Below are positions 1 through 10,568 of a DNA stretch of 64,000 nt, piece by piece. Location: contig FR902162.1 in the NCBI GenBank assembly GCA_000437895.1, positions 68,289-132,288 of the forward strand, in the 5' to 3' direction. The DNA comes from Clostridium sp. CAG:914. GTDB lineage: Bacteria > Bacillota_I > Bacilli_A > RF39 > UBA660. The translations under genes were made by a program, and so were the position numbers. Position 1 is the first letter of the stretch, and each line of letters starts with the position of its first letter. The notes under the pieces were generated by a model, which saw only the letters and a list, made by a program, of their open reading frames with translations, was not told where the DNA came from and made no database searches.

Positions 1-337
1 GAACAATAATAGTATCACTAATAATACTATATACAGGTATAAATATATTAATTGATAGTGTAGGTTCCATTTTAGGAAAACAAGAAGATGATAAAGAATA
101 TGTAGATAAAATAACAAAAATAATTTTAAAAGATGATAGAATAAAGAAAATTGATAAATTAAATATCATAAAATATGGTTCTTATTATCAAGTAGAATTA
201 GTAGTATTAGTGTCTGATAAATTAAAACTTACAGATTCTTATAAAATACAAAAAGATTTAAGAAAAAGGTTGATAGGCAAAAGAAATAGAATTCATCACT
301 TACAAATAGTAGTTAATCCATTTACAGGAGGATAAAT

Positions 338-1147
338 ATGCCAGAATTACCAGAAGTAGAAACAGTTAAAAATAGTTTAAAAAATTATGTACTAAATAGA
401 AAAATATTAAAAGTAGATGTATTATATAAAGGTATTATAAATTATCCAAGTGTTAAGGAATTTATAGAAAAAATAACTAATCAAACAATACTAGATGTAA
501 AAAGAAGAGGAAAATATTTAGTATTCGTCTTAGAAGATTATAATTTGATTTCTCATCTAAAAATGGAAGGAAAATACTTTATAAAAGATAAATATGAAAT
601 TACTAAACATGATCATGTTATATTTACCTTAGATAATAATAAATATTTAATATATAATGACACAAGAAAATTTGGAAAAATGTATCTAATTAATAAAGAA
701 TATGATAATAATTCACCACTAAATATATTAGGATTAGAACCATGGGATAAAGAACTTACCATTAGTTATTTAAAAGATAAACTAAATAGAAATATAGCTA
801 TTAAAACATTACTATTAGACCAAACTATTATCGTTGGTATTGGTAATATATATGCTGATGAAATTCTCTTTCTATCAAAAATAAATCCGTTAAGAAAAGG
901 TTATACATTAACTAATTTAGAACTAGAAAATATTATTAAATACACCAAAGAAGTATTGGAAAAAGCAATATCTCAAGGAGGTACTACAATTAGAACATAT
1001 TCCTCTGTAAATGGAATACATGGCTTATTTCAACAAGAACTATTAGTACATGGAAAAACTAGTAATTGTCCAATTTGTCAAGAACAAATCCTAAAGATTA
1101 GAGTAGGAGGTCGTGGAACTTATTACTGTAATAATTGTCAGAAATAA
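338..1147 (+). CDS. mutM: Formamidopyrimidine-DNA glycosylase (Fpg/MutM)
   Basis: N-terminus MPELPEVETV is the Fpg catalytic Pro2/Glu3 signature. C-terminal CxxC...CxxC zinc finger (CPICQ...YYCNNCQ). Good RBS GGAGG upstream. Confidence 0.9.
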   Translation: MPELPEVETVKNSLKNYVLNRKILKVDVLYKGIINYPSVKEFIEKITNQTILDVKRRGKYLVFVLEDYNLISHLKMEGKYFIKDKYEITKHDHVIFTLDNNKYLIYNDTRKFGKMYLINKEYDNNSPLNILGLEPWDKELTISYLKDKLNRNIAIKTLLLDQTIIVGIGNIYADEILFLSKINPLRKGYTLTNLELENIIKYTKEVLEKAISQGGTTIRTYSSVNGIHGLFQQELLVHGKTSNCPICQEQILKIRVGGRGTYYCNNCQK

Positions 1148-1204
1148 GTTATTAAGTGTTGATTTTAACTATAAAAAAGTGTAGAATTAATTTGGGAGGT
1201 AAAT

Positions 1205-1681
1205 ATGAAGAAATCAGATTTTATACTTATTGGAATAGTTATCGTAGTTATAGTCATTGCTATATTTTCAACCAAAGGAACAAAATCTCTAGATATTGAG
1301 TATCCTATAAATTTATCTGGTGAAGTAGGATTAAATGAAATAACATACGCTGATTATAAAAATCTAGTAGATAGTAATGAACCATTCCTATTTATAATTG
1401 AAAGAGAAGGTTGCTACTATTGTGGTTTATATATGCCTATAGTAAAAGAGGTTGTAGAAGAGAAAAAAATACCTGTTTATTATGTAGATACAAATAATTT
1501 AACTTCTGAAGAAATGACAGAATTATCTACAACAAACAAGTATTTAAAGAAAAATTCAGATTGGGGAACACCTACAACACTTCTTATGCGTGGTGAAAAT
1601 ATATTAGACTCTATTGGTGGTTATGTAGAAAAAGAAGAATTTGTAAGTTTCCTAGAAGAAAAAGTAAAGATGGGTGATTAA
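1205..1681 (+). CDS. Membrane-anchored thioredoxin-fold protein with a CxxC (CYYC) redox motif
   Basis: N-terminal TM helix, then a thioredoxin-like region with CYYCG. Strong RBS GGGAGG. Confidence 0.55.
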   Translation: MKKSDFILIGIVIVVIVIAIFSTKGTKSLDIEYPINLSGEVGLNEITYADYKNLVDSNEPFLFIIEREGCYYCGLYMPIVKEVVEEKKIPVYYVDTNNLTSEEMTELSTTNKYLKKNSDWGTPTTLLMRGENILDSIGGYVEKEEFVSFLEEKVKMGD

Positions 1682-1683
1682 AA

Positions 1684-2151
1684 TTGGCTATAAAAAGTGA
1701 AAGCTATAAAAAAGCATGTGAATTTAGAAAAAAATATCCTTTAACCATTGGTTGGAGAATAAAACAACATTGTAAAATAATTGATAGATACGTTGATGGA
1801 GATGAAAAAGTAGAATATGTATTCTATGGACAAAAGAATGAAGGTTCATTTGACTTTGCTAATACATATGTCATAGCTCTTACTAATAAGAGAATTGTAT
1901 TAGGTACTAAAAGAGTTTTATTTGGACACTTTTTCAAATCAGTTATGCCAGATATGTATAACGACTCAACCGTTCATAGTGGATTAATATGGGGAAGAAT
2001 AATTATTGATACTGTAAAAGAAAAAATTCTTTTAACCAATATAGATCCAAATGCTTTATCTGAAATAGAAGATCATATAACTGAAGGTATGGCAAATATG
2101 AAATGTCAAAGTGCTATAGATTGTAAAAATCAAAGCGAAGGTAGATGTTAG
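1684..2151 (+). CDS. Hypothetical protein, possible bacterial PH-domain fold
   Basis: Pattern VEYVFYGQ...ALTNKRIVLG resembles bacterial PH (YdbS/T-like) domains. Weak call. Confidence 0.35.
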   Translation: MAIKSESYKKACEFRKKYPLTIGWRIKQHCKIIDRYVDGDEKVEYVFYGQKNEGSFDFANTYVIALTNKRIVLGTKRVLFGHFFKSVMPDMYNDSTVHSGLIWGRIIIDTVKEKILLTNIDPNALSEIEDHITEGMANMKCQSAIDCKNQSEGRC

Positions 2152-2231
2152 TATACAAGGAATAAAAATATTCCTTGTTTTTATATACACTTTTTTTAAA
2201 ATTAAGAATACTCTATATTAGGAGTGATGAA

Positions 2232-2678
2232 ATGTTTGATACTTATATAGTTAAAGAAGGAGATACAATAAAAAGTATTTCATCTAAATCTGGAATTTCC
2301 GAAGATATAATATATCAGCTAAATGGTTACTATGATACTTTAACTCCTGGCACTATTTTAGTTATTCCAAAAACAAGTAGTAAATATTTTAACTACTATA
2401 CAATCAGTAAAGGAGATACCTTATACCAAATAGCTAAAAAATATAATATTAATCCTAGTCTATTAGCCCAAATTAATGGATTAAATGAAAATGATTATAT
2501 ATATCCAAACCAAACGATATTAGTACCTAAAGAAGGATCTAAATTATATATAACAGCAGAAGGAGATACTTTAAACGAAGTAGTAAAAGGATTAAATGCC
2601 GATATTAATAAATTATTAGAACAAAACAACAATATCTATTTACAAAAAGAACAATTAATTATTTATAATTATAAATAA
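2232..2678 (+). CDS. Triple LysM-domain peptidoglycan-binding protein
   Basis: Three repeats of the LysM consensus (YIVKEGDTIKSIS..., YTISKGDTLYQIAKKYNI..., YITAEGDTLNEVV...). Start moved to the ATG following RBS AGGAGTGA. Confidence 0.7.
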   Translation: MFDTYIVKEGDTIKSISSKSGISEDIIYQLNGYYDTLTPGTILVIPKTSSKYFNYYTISKGDTLYQIAKKYNINPSLLAQINGLNENDYIYPNQTILVPKEGSKLYITAEGDTLNEVVKGLNADINKLLEQNNNIYLQKEQLIIYNYK

Positions 2679-2725
2679 TATTTATTTAAAATAAAAAATA
2701 TGGTAATATAATTATAGGTGATAAA

Positions 2726-3802
2726 ATGATACTAAAGAAGCCATATGCTTTCTTAATTAAGCATTTTAGATTAATTCATATTATATTATCAACATTATTA
2801 ATATATATAGCTTTTTCGTTTAATAAAGTACATAAGTATATAAAAGAACTAATATCAGGAATATCTAACAAATATGATGCTATTAATTATGTTAATAAAG
2901 GTTTGTTTATATTTATATTCTTAGTAATACTAATATCTATAGGAGTATATTACTTAATGAAATATAAAAAGAAACCAAAGACAATATACATAATTACTAC
3001 TATTGGTTATCTTTTAATGGGAGTTTTACTTGCCTTTGTAAATGGCTACTTATCTTCATTATCAATGGAAGTTATCAATGCAAAAACCATCAGGTTTTAT
3101 AGAGACACCCTTTCATTTACTATGTTATATCAATATATAATAATTATAATTATGATAATTAGAGGATTAGGATTTGATATAAAGAAGTTTAATTTTACAA
3201 AAGACATCCAAGAACTAAATATTGAAGATATTGATTCTGAAGAGGTAGAAGTAAATGTAAATATAGATACTAAAAATATTATAAGAGATATTAATAGGAG
3301 AAAGAGAGAATTAGGTTATTGGATAAAAGAAAATCTTCTTTTCAGTATAATTTTAATATCTGTAATATTAATTGGAGCATCATATCTATTATATAAAAAT
3401 GTTTTATTAAAAAATAGATTATACCCTATGAAAGAACCTTTTGGAACTAATAACATATATCAAATAGATAATAGTTATATATCTACAAAAGATGGCAATA
3501 ATTATATTATAGTAAAATTTAATGTATATTCTAAAATAGGAAGAAATACTCTTAATTTAGATAAATTTAGTTTAAAAATAGGAAAAGAAACATATTATAT
3601 AAATCAAAAGAAATGTTATTTGTATACTGATATAGGTCCTTGTTATCAAAAACAATATATTAATTCTAATACTTCTACTTATATTCTAGTATTTGAAGTA
3701 AATGATATAAATATAAATAAAACATACTTAATATACAGTGAAGATTTAGAAAATAAAACAAAAATAAAACTAAGACTAGAAGATTATATTTTAAAATCAT
3801 AG
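2726..3802 (+). CDS. Integral membrane protein, unknown function
   Basis: Several N-terminal TM helices followed by a long hydrophilic C-terminal region. No recognisable motif. Confidence 0.45.
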   Translation: MILKKPYAFLIKHFRLIHIILSTLLIYIAFSFNKVHKYIKELISGISNKYDAINYVNKGLFIFIFLVILISIGVYYLMKYKKKPKTIYIITTIGYLLMGVLLAFVNGYLSSLSMEVINAKTIRFYRDTLSFTMLYQYIIIIIMIIRGLGFDIKKFNFTKDIQELNIEDIDSEEVEVNVNIDTKNIIRDINRRKRELGYWIKENLLFSIILISVILIGASYLLYKNVLLKNRLYPMKEPFGTNNIYQIDNSYISTKDGNNYIIVKFNVYSKIGRNTLNLDKFSLKIGKETYYINQKKCYLYTDIGPCYQKQYINSNTSTYILVFEVNDININKTYLIYSEDLENKTKIKLRLEDYILKS

Positions 3803-3908
3803 GATACTATTAGACAAACTATTATGGTTTGTCTTTTTAAATTGTAAATACTTAGTTGAGATATAATTAACCATGTGTTATAATCAAACAAGAAGGTTTG
3901 GTGATAAT

Positions 3909-4856
3909 ATGAAAAAAGTTGTTATACTAGGTGGGGGAACAGGCCTATCTGCATTACTAAGAGGATTAAAACTATTTCCAATAGATATTACAGCTGTAGT
4001 AACAGTAGCTGATGATGGATCTTCAACAGGAAGACTTAGAAAAGAATTTAATATACCTGCTGTAGGAGATCTAAGAAAGGTATTGGTGTCACTTGCCGAA
4101 GTAGAACCCTTAGTAGAAGAACTTTTACAATATAGATTTGATACATATAGTGATTTAGATAAACATACTGTTGGTAATTTAATGTTAACAGCCCTATATA
4201 ATATTACAGGTAGTTTAACTAAATCATTAGAATCTTTAAGTAAAATATTAAATATTAAAGGAAAAGTTTTACCATTTACAGAAGATAAACCCGTATTAGT
4301 GGCACATATGACAGATGGTACTATCGTAGAAGGTGAAGAAGAAATAACGTTAGCACATAAAAAAATAGATAAAATAAAATACAAAAATAAAATAAAAGTA
4401 ACAGATGAAGTTCTAAATGCTATTGCTGAAGCTGATTTAATAATTATTGGAATAGGTAGTTTATATACAAGTATTATTCCTAATTTACTAACTAAAGAAG
4501 TTAAAAAAGCACTAATTAATGCCAAAGCTAAGAAAATGTATATATGTAATATAATGAGTCAACATGGTGAAACAGATGGATTTAAAGCAAGTGATTGTAT
4601 TAAAGAAATAAATAAATATGTTTGCAAAGACTTTATAGATGTCGTCCTAACTAATTCCACAAAAATAAATAATGAAATATTAGATCGATATAAAGAAGAA
4701 ATTAGTGAACCTATATTCGTAGATAAAGAAACTATAAAGAAAATGAACGTAGAATTAATTAATAAAGATTTACTTAATACCAAAGATAATCAAGCTAAAC
4801 ACGATTCATTAAAAACAGCCTTAGAAGTATTTTCTTACTTAACAAAAGGAGATTAA
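3909..4856 (+). CDS. yvcK: YvcK/UPF0052 family (gluconeogenesis factor, CofD-like)
   Basis: VVILGGGTGLSALLRGLK nucleotide-binding N-terminus typical of YvcK. Lies immediately upstream of whiA, the conserved yvcK-whiA synteny. Confidence 0.85.
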   Translation: MKKVVILGGGTGLSALLRGLKLFPIDITAVVTVADDGSSTGRLRKEFNIPAVGDLRKVLVSLAEVEPLVEELLQYRFDTYSDLDKHTVGNLMLTALYNITGSLTKSLESLSKILNIKGKVLPFTEDKPVLVAHMTDGTIVEGEEEITLAHKKIDKIKYKNKIKVTDEVLNAIAEADLIIIGIGSLYTSIIPNLLTKEVKKALINAKAKKMYICNIMSQHGETDGFKASDCIKEINKYVCKDFIDVVLTNSTKINNEILDRYKEEISEPIFVDKETIKKMNVELINKDLLNTKDNQAKHDSLKTALEVFSYLTKGD

Positions 4857-4858
4857 TC

Positions 4859-5791
4859 ATGAGCTTTTCTACTGAAATAAAAAATGAAGTAACAAAATTG
4901 GATTCTACTAAATTAGAACTTATCTCTGAGTTATCAGCCATTGTTAGAAATAGTGCCATAATAGAAGACTCTATTAAAATAACTATTGAAAATAATTCTG
5001 TAGCAAGAAGAATATTTAAGTTATTTAGAACAATTTATGACATAACACCAATTATTACCGTAAGAAATAGATATTTTAATAAAGGTATAAGTTATATATT
5101 AGAGATAAAAGAAAAAAATAATACTATTTTACAAGACTTATCAATATATGATGAAAATAATAATTATTTAAGTATACCAAGAGAATATATTATTAGTGAT
5201 GAAGATGAATTAAGAGCATACTTAAGAGGACTATTTATATCCGTAGGTAGTTTAAATGATCCCAAAACAAGTCGTTATCATTTAGAATTTTTATTAGATA
5301 CCAGTATGTATGCTAAATTTATTAGTAAATTACTAAATGAATATGATTTAAATAGTAAAATAATTAAAAGAGAAAAAAAATACATGGTATACATCAAAGA
5401 GGCAGAAAAAATAAGTGATTTCTTACGAATAATTAAAGCTTATAATGCCGTAATGTATTATGAAGATATAAGAATATATAGAGACCATAAAAATATGACT
5501 AATAGATTAAATAACTGTGAACAAGCTAATATGGATAAAATATTCTTCACAGCAAATAGTCAATTAAAAGACATAGAAAAATTACAGGAGTTAGATTTAA
5601 TAGATGCACTAGATGATAAACTAAAACTAGTAATAGATTACAGATTAAAATATAAAGAAGCTAGTTTAGCAGAATTAAGTGAAATAATTAGTAAAGAAAC
5701 AAATGATAAAATAACTAAGTCAGGATTAAATCATAGATTTAGAAAGATTAAAGAAATAATACATAATATAGAAAAAAATAATAATAAGTGA
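4859..5791 (+). CDS. whiA: Sporulation/cell-division transcription regulator WhiA
   Basis: LAGLIDADG-like core (LRGLFISVGSLNDP) plus a C-terminal HTH. Conserved position after yvcK. Confidence 0.85.
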   Translation: MSFSTEIKNEVTKLDSTKLELISELSAIVRNSAIIEDSIKITIENNSVARRIFKLFRTIYDITPIITVRNRYFNKGISYILEIKEKNNTILQDLSIYDENNNYLSIPREYIISDEDELRAYLRGLFISVGSLNDPKTSRYHLEFLLDTSMYAKFISKLLNEYDLNSKIIKREKKYMVYIKEAEKISDFLRIIKAYNAVMYYEDIRIYRDHKNMTNRLNNCEQANMDKIFFTANSQLKDIEKLQELDLIDALDDKLKLVIDYRLKYKEASLAELSEIISKETNDKITKSGLNHRFRKIKEIIHNIEKNNNK

Positions 5792-5815
5792 TATAATAAT
5801 TAAGAGAGGTAAATT

Positions 5816-7057
5816 ATGAGTTTTTATGAAGAATTAAAAGAAAGAGGATTAATAAAAGATGTAGCTGGTGATGAAGAAGTCATAAAAGACTTATTAGATA
5901 ATCATAGTATATCTTTCTATTGGGGAACAGACCCAACATCAGATAGCCTACATATTGGACATTATTCTTCTTTAGTAACTGCTAAAAGATTATTTTTACA
6001 TGGTCATAAACCTATTCTTTTAGTAGGGGGAGCCACAGGATTAATTGGAGATCCAAAACCAAGTGCAGAAAGAGAAATAATAGATAAAGACGTCCTAAAT
6101 AAAAATTTACAAGGAATAAAAAAACAAGTTGCTGAAATATTTGACAATAAAGCTTTAGTAGTTAATAACTATGATTGGATAAAAGACTTTGACTACATAA
6201 CTTTCTTAAGAGATGTAGGAAAATATATAAATATTAATTATATGTTAGATAAAGATATTATAAGAAGAAGATTAGAAACAGGAATAACTTATGCCGAATT
6301 TTCTTATACACTAATTCAAGGCTATGACTTCTTACATCTATTCAATAACTATAATTGTATAATGCAAGTAGAAGGTAGCGATCAATGGGGAAATATAACT
6401 ACAGGAATAGATTTAATAAAGAAAATTACTGGTCGTGACGCTTATGCTTTTACTATGCCACTTGTCCTAGATAAAACAGGTAAAAAATTTGGTAAAAGCG
6501 AAGGAAATGCTTTATGGTTAGATAAAAATAAAACATCTAGTTACAAAATATATCAATACTTAATTAATTCAGATGATGACCTAGTAGAATCTTACTTAAA
6601 AATATTTACATTTCTATCTTTAGAAGAAATAAAAGAAATAATGGAAAAACATCAAAAAGAGCCACACTTAAGATTAGCCCAAAAAACATTAGCTATGGAA
6701 GTAGTAAGAGATTTAAGAGGAGAAGAAGAATTAACTAAGGCAATTAATTTATCAGAAGTCTTATTTACAAATAAATTCAAAGAACTAACAAGTGAGGATA
6801 TTAAAGAAGTATTTTCTGATATGGAAATAATTAATGTAAAATTGGGTACTAATATATTAGATTTATTAGTAGAACTAAAAGCATCATCTTCAAAAAGAGA
6901 AGCAAAAGAATTTGTTTTAAATAATGCTATATTACTTAACGGGGATAAAATAAATGATATAAATTATATTGTAGATAATAATTCATTTATAGATAATACA
7001 TATATTGTAATAAAAAGAGGCAAAAAGAATTACTATATAGGTAAAAAAGAAATATAA
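5816..7057 (+). CDS. tyrS: Tyrosyl-tRNA synthetase
   Basis: HIGH motif (HIGHYSS), KMSKS-like KFGKS, and a C-terminal S4 domain. Confidence 0.9.
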   Translation: MSFYEELKERGLIKDVAGDEEVIKDLLDNHSISFYWGTDPTSDSLHIGHYSSLVTAKRLFLHGHKPILLVGGATGLIGDPKPSAEREIIDKDVLNKNLQGIKKQVAEIFDNKALVVNNYDWIKDFDYITFLRDVGKYININYMLDKDIIRRRLETGITYAEFSYTLIQGYDFLHLFNNYNCIMQVEGSDQWGNITTGIDLIKKITGRDAYAFTMPLVLDKTGKKFGKSEGNALWLDKNKTSSYKIYQYLINSDDDLVESYLKIFTFLSLEEIKEIMEKHQKEPHLRLAQKTLAMEVVRDLRGEEELTKAINLSEVLFTNKFKELTSEDIKEVFSDMEIINVKLGTNILDLLVELKASSSKREAKEFVLNNAILLNGDKINDINYIVDNNSFIDNTYIVIKRGKKNYYIGKKEI

Positions 7058-7070
7058 AAGGAGTTTTAAA

Positions 7071-7922
7071 ATGTTTAGTAAAAGAAGAGATGCCAAGTTA
7101 ATTAAAGGTAAAAATATAGGATTCGATAGATTTTTATATTATTTAAAGCCTAGAAGAAGTGATAGTGAAGTATATATTTCAAGAGAAATAGATGTAACTA
7201 ATTTAAAAAAATATATAGATTTAAAGAAAGAAAGTGGAGAAAAAATAACTTATTTTCATGCCTTTTCTACAGCAATAGCTAAAGTTATATATAATAGACC
7301 ATACTTAAATAGATTTATAATAAAAGGAAATAAGTATGAAAGAAATGAAGTTAAATTATCTTTTGTAGCTAAAAAAGATTTTACAGATGATTCTAATGAA
7401 TTTATGAATGTTGTCACAGTAGACAAGGAAGATAATTTAAATACTATAAGTAAAAAAATAACTGGTGATGTTGAAAGAATCAGAAGTAATAAAGGAAATA
7501 GTGCTGATAATTTGGTTATCACTCTAGGTAAACTACCTAAATGGCTTTTTGCTTTTATTGTATGGTTTATTAAAAGATTAGATAATAATGATTTATTACC
7601 AAGTTCACTAACTAATAATAGTTTATATCATAGTACTATTATCTTATCTAATCTTGGTAGTATTCATTGTGGTGCCATATATCATAACTTGACTAACTTT
7701 GGAACTAATTCCATATTAGCAACAATGGGTGAAGTTAAAGAAGTAGCAAAAGTAATAGATGGAAAAATAGAAAAAAGATGGGTTTGTGACTTTGGAATTA
7801 CTCTAGATGAAAGAATAGCTGATGGTGTATACTATGCAAAAGCAGTTAATTTATTGGAGTATATATTAGACAATCCAAAAATGTTAGAAGGTGAAATAAA
7901 TGATAAAATCAATATGGAATAA
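7071..7922 (+). CDS. Stand-alone CAT/2-oxoacid-dehydrogenase-E2-like acyltransferase catalytic domain protein
   Basis: C-terminal DERIADG...LLEYILDNP aligns with the E2/CAT catalytic motif DHRxxDG...LLEDP. The His is replaced by Glu. Overlaps the downstream ANL ligase gene. Confidence 0.45.
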   Translation: MFSKRRDAKLIKGKNIGFDRFLYYLKPRRSDSEVYISREIDVTNLKKYIDLKKESGEKITYFHAFSTAIAKVIYNRPYLNRFIIKGNKYERNEVKLSFVAKKDFTDDSNEFMNVVTVDKEDNLNTISKKITGDVERIRSNKGNSADNLVITLGKLPKWLFAFIVWFIKRLDNNDLLPSSLTNNSLYHSTIILSNLGSIHCGAIYHNLTNFGTNSILATMGEVKEVAKVIDGKIEKRWVCDFGITLDERIADGVYYAKAVNLLEYILDNPKMLEGEINDKINME

Positions 7923-9645
7923 TATAACAAAAAGAGTAAATGGTTTAATTGATAAAATAAGACATAAAGAACCATGGTATAAGTATTATGGTAATAATCC
8001 TAGAAAGATTAATTATCCTACAATGACACTTTACGAAACAATTGAAAAAACAGCCGAATCATATCCATACTATGATGCTTTTATGTACTATGGAAAGAAA
8101 ATAACATATAAAGAATTCATAATAAGAATCAAAAAAATGGCAAGTTCATTACTCGAAGAAGGAATAAAAGAAGGCGATGTTATAACCATATGTATGCCAA
8201 ACACTCCTTCAGCTATATGTATGTTTTATGCCGTAAATATGGTTGGTGCTGTTGCCAGCATGATTCACCCTCTATCAAGTGAAAAAGAAATAGAATTGTA
8301 TTTAAACACATCAAATAGCAAATATATCATGACAATAGACTTAGTATATGACAAAATAATTAAAATAATAGATAATACTAATGTATCAAAGATAATAGTA
8401 AGTTCTGTAAGTGATGATATGGATAATGCTAAGCATGCTATATATTGGTTCATGTCTGGAAGAAAAACTAAAATAGCTAAAAACAATAAAGCAATATTAT
8501 TAAAAGATTTCTTAAAAAAGGGTATATATTATAAAGATTTAAAACCAGTAAAAAGAAAAAATGATGATGACGCTGTTATACTTTATAGTGGAGGAACAAC
8601 AGGAAATCCTAAAGGAATAGTTCTAACAAACCTAAATTTTAATGCCTTAGCAATGCAAGCTCACATTATGACAGAAGCCAAAGCAGGAGAAACTATATTG
8701 TCAATAATGCCAATATTCCATGGTTTTGGATTAGGTGTTAGCGTACATACTCCATTGTATATAGGTATGACTTGCATCTTTGTTCCAGATTTTAGTCCAA
8801 AAAAATTTGACAATTTAATAAGAAAATATCATCCAAATTTCATAACAGGTGTTCCAACTTTATATGAAGGACTTTTAAAAAATAGATTCAAACCAAAAGA
8901 ATTATCATGTATTAAGGTAGCTATTTCGGGAGGAGATACATTATCTGTAGAATTAAAAAATAGAGTAGATGAATTTTTTAAAAATCATGGTTCTAAAGCT
9001 GAACTTAGAAGTGGTTATGGATTAACAGAGAGTACAGCAGCTGTTTGTTTAACACCTACAAAATATTATAAGCCAAATATTATAGGTATGCCTTTTCCTG
9101 ATATGACTATTAAAATTGTTCAAATAGGTACAACAGAAGAAGTTAATGTCATGGAAGAAGGAGAAATATGTGTCAATGGGCCAACAGTAATGAAAAAATA
9201 CTTAAATAATGAAAATGAAACTAAAACAACACTAATTAAACACAATGATGGAAAATATTGGTTACATACTGGAGACATAGGATATATGGATACAGAAGGA
9301 TTTGTTTATTTTAAACAAAGACTAAAAAGATTAATAATATCTTCAGGATATAATATATATCCAAGTTATGTTGAGGAAATAATATGCCGACATCCTAGGG
9401 TAGAAAGTTGTGTTGTCATAGGTATACCTCATGAATATAAAAAACAAGTAGTTAAAGCTTATATTGTTTTAAATGGTGATAAAAAAGCTGATAAAAGTAC
9501 TAAAAAAAGTATTAAAAAATATTGTGAAGACAACTTAGCAAAATATTCATGGCCATATGAATATGAATATCGTGATAGCTTACCAACAACATTGGTAGGA
9601 AAAGTTGCCTATAAAAAACTAGAAGAGGAGAATAGTGATAAATAA
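7900..9645 (+). CDS. ANL-superfamily acyl-CoA synthetase / AMP-binding ligase
   Basis: A3 motif YSGGTTGNPKG, A5 GYGLTES, A8 TGDIGYMDTEGFVYFKQRLKRLI. Confidence 0.8.
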   Translation: MIKSIWNNITKRVNGLIDKIRHKEPWYKYYGNNPRKINYPTMTLYETIEKTAESYPYYDAFMYYGKKITYKEFIIRIKKMASSLLEEGIKEGDVITICMPNTPSAICMFYAVNMVGAVASMIHPLSSEKEIELYLNTSNSKYIMTIDLVYDKIIKIIDNTNVSKIIVSSVSDDMDNAKHAIYWFMSGRKTKIAKNNKAILLKDFLKKGIYYKDLKPVKRKNDDDAVILYSGGTTGNPKGIVLTNLNFNALAMQAHIMTEAKAGETILSIMPIFHGFGLGVSVHTPLYIGMTCIFVPDFSPKKFDNLIRKYHPNFITGVPTLYEGLLKNRFKPKELSCIKVAISGGDTLSVELKNRVDEFFKNHGSKAELRSGYGLTESTAAVCLTPTKYYKPNIIGMPFPDMTIKIVQIGTTEEVNVMEEGEICVNGPTVMKKYLNNENETKTTLIKHNDGKYWLHTGDIGYMDTEGFVYFKQRLKRLIISSGYNIYPSYVEEIICRHPRVESCVVIGIPHEYKKQVVKAYIVLNGDKKADKSTKKSIKKYCEDNLAKYSWPYEYEYRDSLPTTLVGKVAYKKLEEENSDK

Positions 9646-10483
9646 TATGATTATAATGGATGGTAGAAAAATAAAAGAAAATATCTTAAATAATCTAAAA
9701 ATAGAGATAGATAAATTAAAGTTAAAACCATCATTAACCGTTATCCAAGTAGGAAATGATGAAGCAAGTAATATATATGTAAGACAAAAAAAGAATATGG
9801 CATCTTTCCTTGGATATACTTTTAATCATATTAGTTTAGAAGAAAATATAACAGAAGAAGAACTATTAGATTTAATAGACAAGTTGAATAAAGATAAAAC
9901 TATTAATGGAATACTTGTTCAAATGCCTCTTCCTAAACATATAGATGAAGCAAGAATACAAAATAAAATTAATGAATATAAAGATGTAGATGGATTAACA
10001 GATATAAATTCTGGTAGATTGTTTCATAATAAAGAATGTTTATTACCATGTACACCATACGGAATTATGGAATTGTTAGATTACTATAATATAAATGTAG
10101 AAGGTAAGAATGTAACTATTATAGGAAAAAGTAATTTAGTAGGTAAACCACTATCTATGCTTATGCTAAATAAAGGAGCTACTGTAACTATATGTCATTC
10201 CAAAACAAAAAATATAAGTGAACTTACAAAAAATGCTGATATTTTAGTGGTAGCTGTAGGAAAAAGAAATTTAGTAAATGCCAACATGGTAAAAGACAAT
10301 GCCATAGTTATAGATGTAGGAATTAATAGAGATGAAAATAACCATATGTGTGGAGACGTTGATTTTGAAAATGTTAAAAACAAAACATCATACATTACTC
10401 CCGTTCCATATGGAGTAGGTCAATTAACCGTAGCTATGTTAGGAGTAAATGTATATAAAGCATATATGATGCAAAATAATTAA
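9635..10483 (+). CDS. folD: Bifunctional methylene-THF dehydrogenase/cyclohydrolase FolD
   Basis: GILVQMPLP and TPVPYGVGQLTVAML motifs. Confidence 0.9.
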   Translation: MINNMIIMDGRKIKENILNNLKIEIDKLKLKPSLTVIQVGNDEASNIYVRQKKNMASFLGYTFNHISLEENITEEELLDLIDKLNKDKTINGILVQMPLPKHIDEARIQNKINEYKDVDGLTDINSGRLFHNKECLLPCTPYGIMELLDYYNINVEGKNVTIIGKSNLVGKPLSMLMLNKGATVTICHSKTKNISELTKNADILVVAVGKRNLVNANMVKDNAIVIDVGINRDENNHMCGDVDFENVKNKTSYITPVPYGVGQLTVAMLGVNVYKAYMMQNN

Positions 10484-10503
10484 GGGGCTTCCCCTTTTTT
10501 TTA
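10482..10503 (+). terminator. Rho-independent terminator after folD
   Basis: AAGGGG-CTT-CCCCTT hairpin followed by a T9 run. Confidence 0.6.
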
Positions 10504-10568
10504 ACATAAGTTTACTAATGAAGAAATTTGTGTTAATATAGTTAGCAACATTTAAAAAAGGAGAAAAT

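Noticed and set aside
3884-4783. Antisense ORFs (213 aa, 74 aa) inside yvcK
   Set aside because: They are opposite a well-supported conserved gene, with low-complexity Ile/Leu/Ser composition typical of AT-rich antisense frames. The same applies to the other '-' ORFs inside rpoD, the ABC transporter, M16 and murE, and to the '+' ORFs at 61762-62370 inside the permease.
5792-5815. T-box leader upstream of tyrS
   Set aside because: Only ~24 nt separate whiA and tyrS, so there is no room for a T-box. tyrS appears co-transcribed with whiA.
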